A stretch of DNA of 64,000 nucleotides, from contig CBDAFS010000058.1 in NCBI GenBank assembly GCA_965195285.1, positions 21,711 through 85,710 on the forward strand, read 5' to 3'. The DNA is from an uncultured Aminicenantes bacterium. GTDB lineage: Bacteria; Acidobacteriota; Aminicenantia; UBA2199. How positions within the stretch are numbered: position 1 is the first letter of the stretch; each line of letters opens with the position of its first letter. Shown piece after piece: positions 63,502-64,000 of the stretch. Below the pieces are notes generated by a model. It saw only the letters and a list, made by a program, of their open reading frames with translations, was not told the origin of the DNA and made no database searches. The position numbers were made by a program, and so were the translations under genes.

Positions 63502-63531
63502 CCTACCTTTCTGATCCTTCCGGGGATATGT

Positions 63532-63560
63532 TTGACAAAAATCCTTGTATACTCTACAAT
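63532..63560 (+). promoter_or_regulatory. Promoter of tRNA-Arg
   Basis: TTGACA-N17-TACAAT, 10 nt before the tRNA. Confidence 0.75.
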
Positions 63561-63570
63561 ACCGGGGATT

Positions 63571-63643
63571 GCGCCTGTAGCTCAATGGATAGAGCGTTTG
63601 ACTACGAATCAAAAGGCTGGGGGTTCGAGTCCCTCCAGGCGCA
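63571..63643 (+). tRNA. tRNA-Arg(ACG), CCA not encoded
   Basis: Acceptor stem GCGCCTG/CAGGCGC-A, D arm GCTC..GAGC, anticodon arm TTTGA-CTACGAA-TCAAA and T loop GGTTCGAGTCC. Confidence 0.97.
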
Positions 63644-63758
63644 GTTGAGTTCCATATTTAAGATTCCACGTTCCAGGTTCATCATTCGATGACATTTCCC
63701 GAATATTTGATTTATACATAATCGTACTCGGTGCGTAGACCGGTTACTTTCTTATTCG

Positions 63759-63998
63759 TTAATTGGTTATTTCATAAGATATTTCATCCCAATATGTAGT
63801 ACTTCTACCAGTTTCGGCTGTGCCAAAGCGGAAGAAGGCGTTGCCGCCGCCCGCGGTTGACCCTGGTAACGAGCCCGCTGGGAGTGAGATTGCGTTGATC
63901 GCTCCATCAATGTTCACACTGGCCGATCCATCACTATTCCGAACCAGTTCAAAGGTGTGGAAATTGCCATCATTCCAGGTACAGGGGGCGAGGTTGTT
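63759..63998 (-). CDS. 3' end of a CDS entering from outside the window; ConA/LamG-like beta-sandwich
   Basis: Own translation gives an open frame NNLAPCTWNDGNFHTFELVRNSDGSASVNIDG...FRFGTAETGRSTTYWDEISYEITN*. Confidence 0.6.
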   Translation of the reverse strand, partial: NNLAPCTWNDGNFHTFELVRNSDGSASVNIDGAINAISLPAGSLPGSTAGGGNAFFRFGTAETGRSTTYWDEISYEITN

Positions 63999-64000
63999 CT

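Noticed and set aside
63492-63692. 66-aa ORF
   Set aside because: It overlaps the tRNA-Arg gene and its promoter.
1-64000. CRISPR array, transposase, prophage or defence system
   Set aside because: No periodic repeats or recognisable proteins of these classes were seen by eye.

Overview
This is a gene-dense, AT-rich chromosomal window from a diderm bacterium (lpxD, O-antigen-ligase-like gene, lipoprotein). The split atp operon, archaeal-type apgM, LonC-type protease and sahR-ahcY suggest an anaerobe of the Acidobacteriota/Aminicenantes or Desulfobacterota type; this assignment is inference only. Contents, in order: (1) 3' part of a surface-glycan cluster (GT4, WecA fusion, epimerase, wbpA/B/D/E-like di-N-acetyl-uronic acid pathway, O-antigen ligase-like); (2) housekeeping genes (recD2, dnaG-rpoD, xerD, apgM, metK, tsaB/rimI, mutS, sahR-ahcY, ligA, lpxD, F0 atp genes); (3) a uvrA interrupted by a 58-bp fold-back duplication; (4) methylmalonyl-CoA mutase mutAB-meaB and eno; (5) a truncated-GlmU/GHMP kinase/ParB-like operon; (6) STAS/GT-C/asnB, a Lon-family protease, ilvE and a hybrid kinase; (7) tRNA-Arg(ACG). 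No CRISPR array, transposase or prophage is visible. The most notable signals are a candidate promoter-driven C-rich sRNA, repeated leaderless-gene architecture, a SahR-type operator, an uncharacterised MinD-like ATPase plus HPD-less J/HTH pair, a C-terminal domain shared by two GT-C-type membrane proteins, and an ATP synthase c subunit that has lost its glycine motif.
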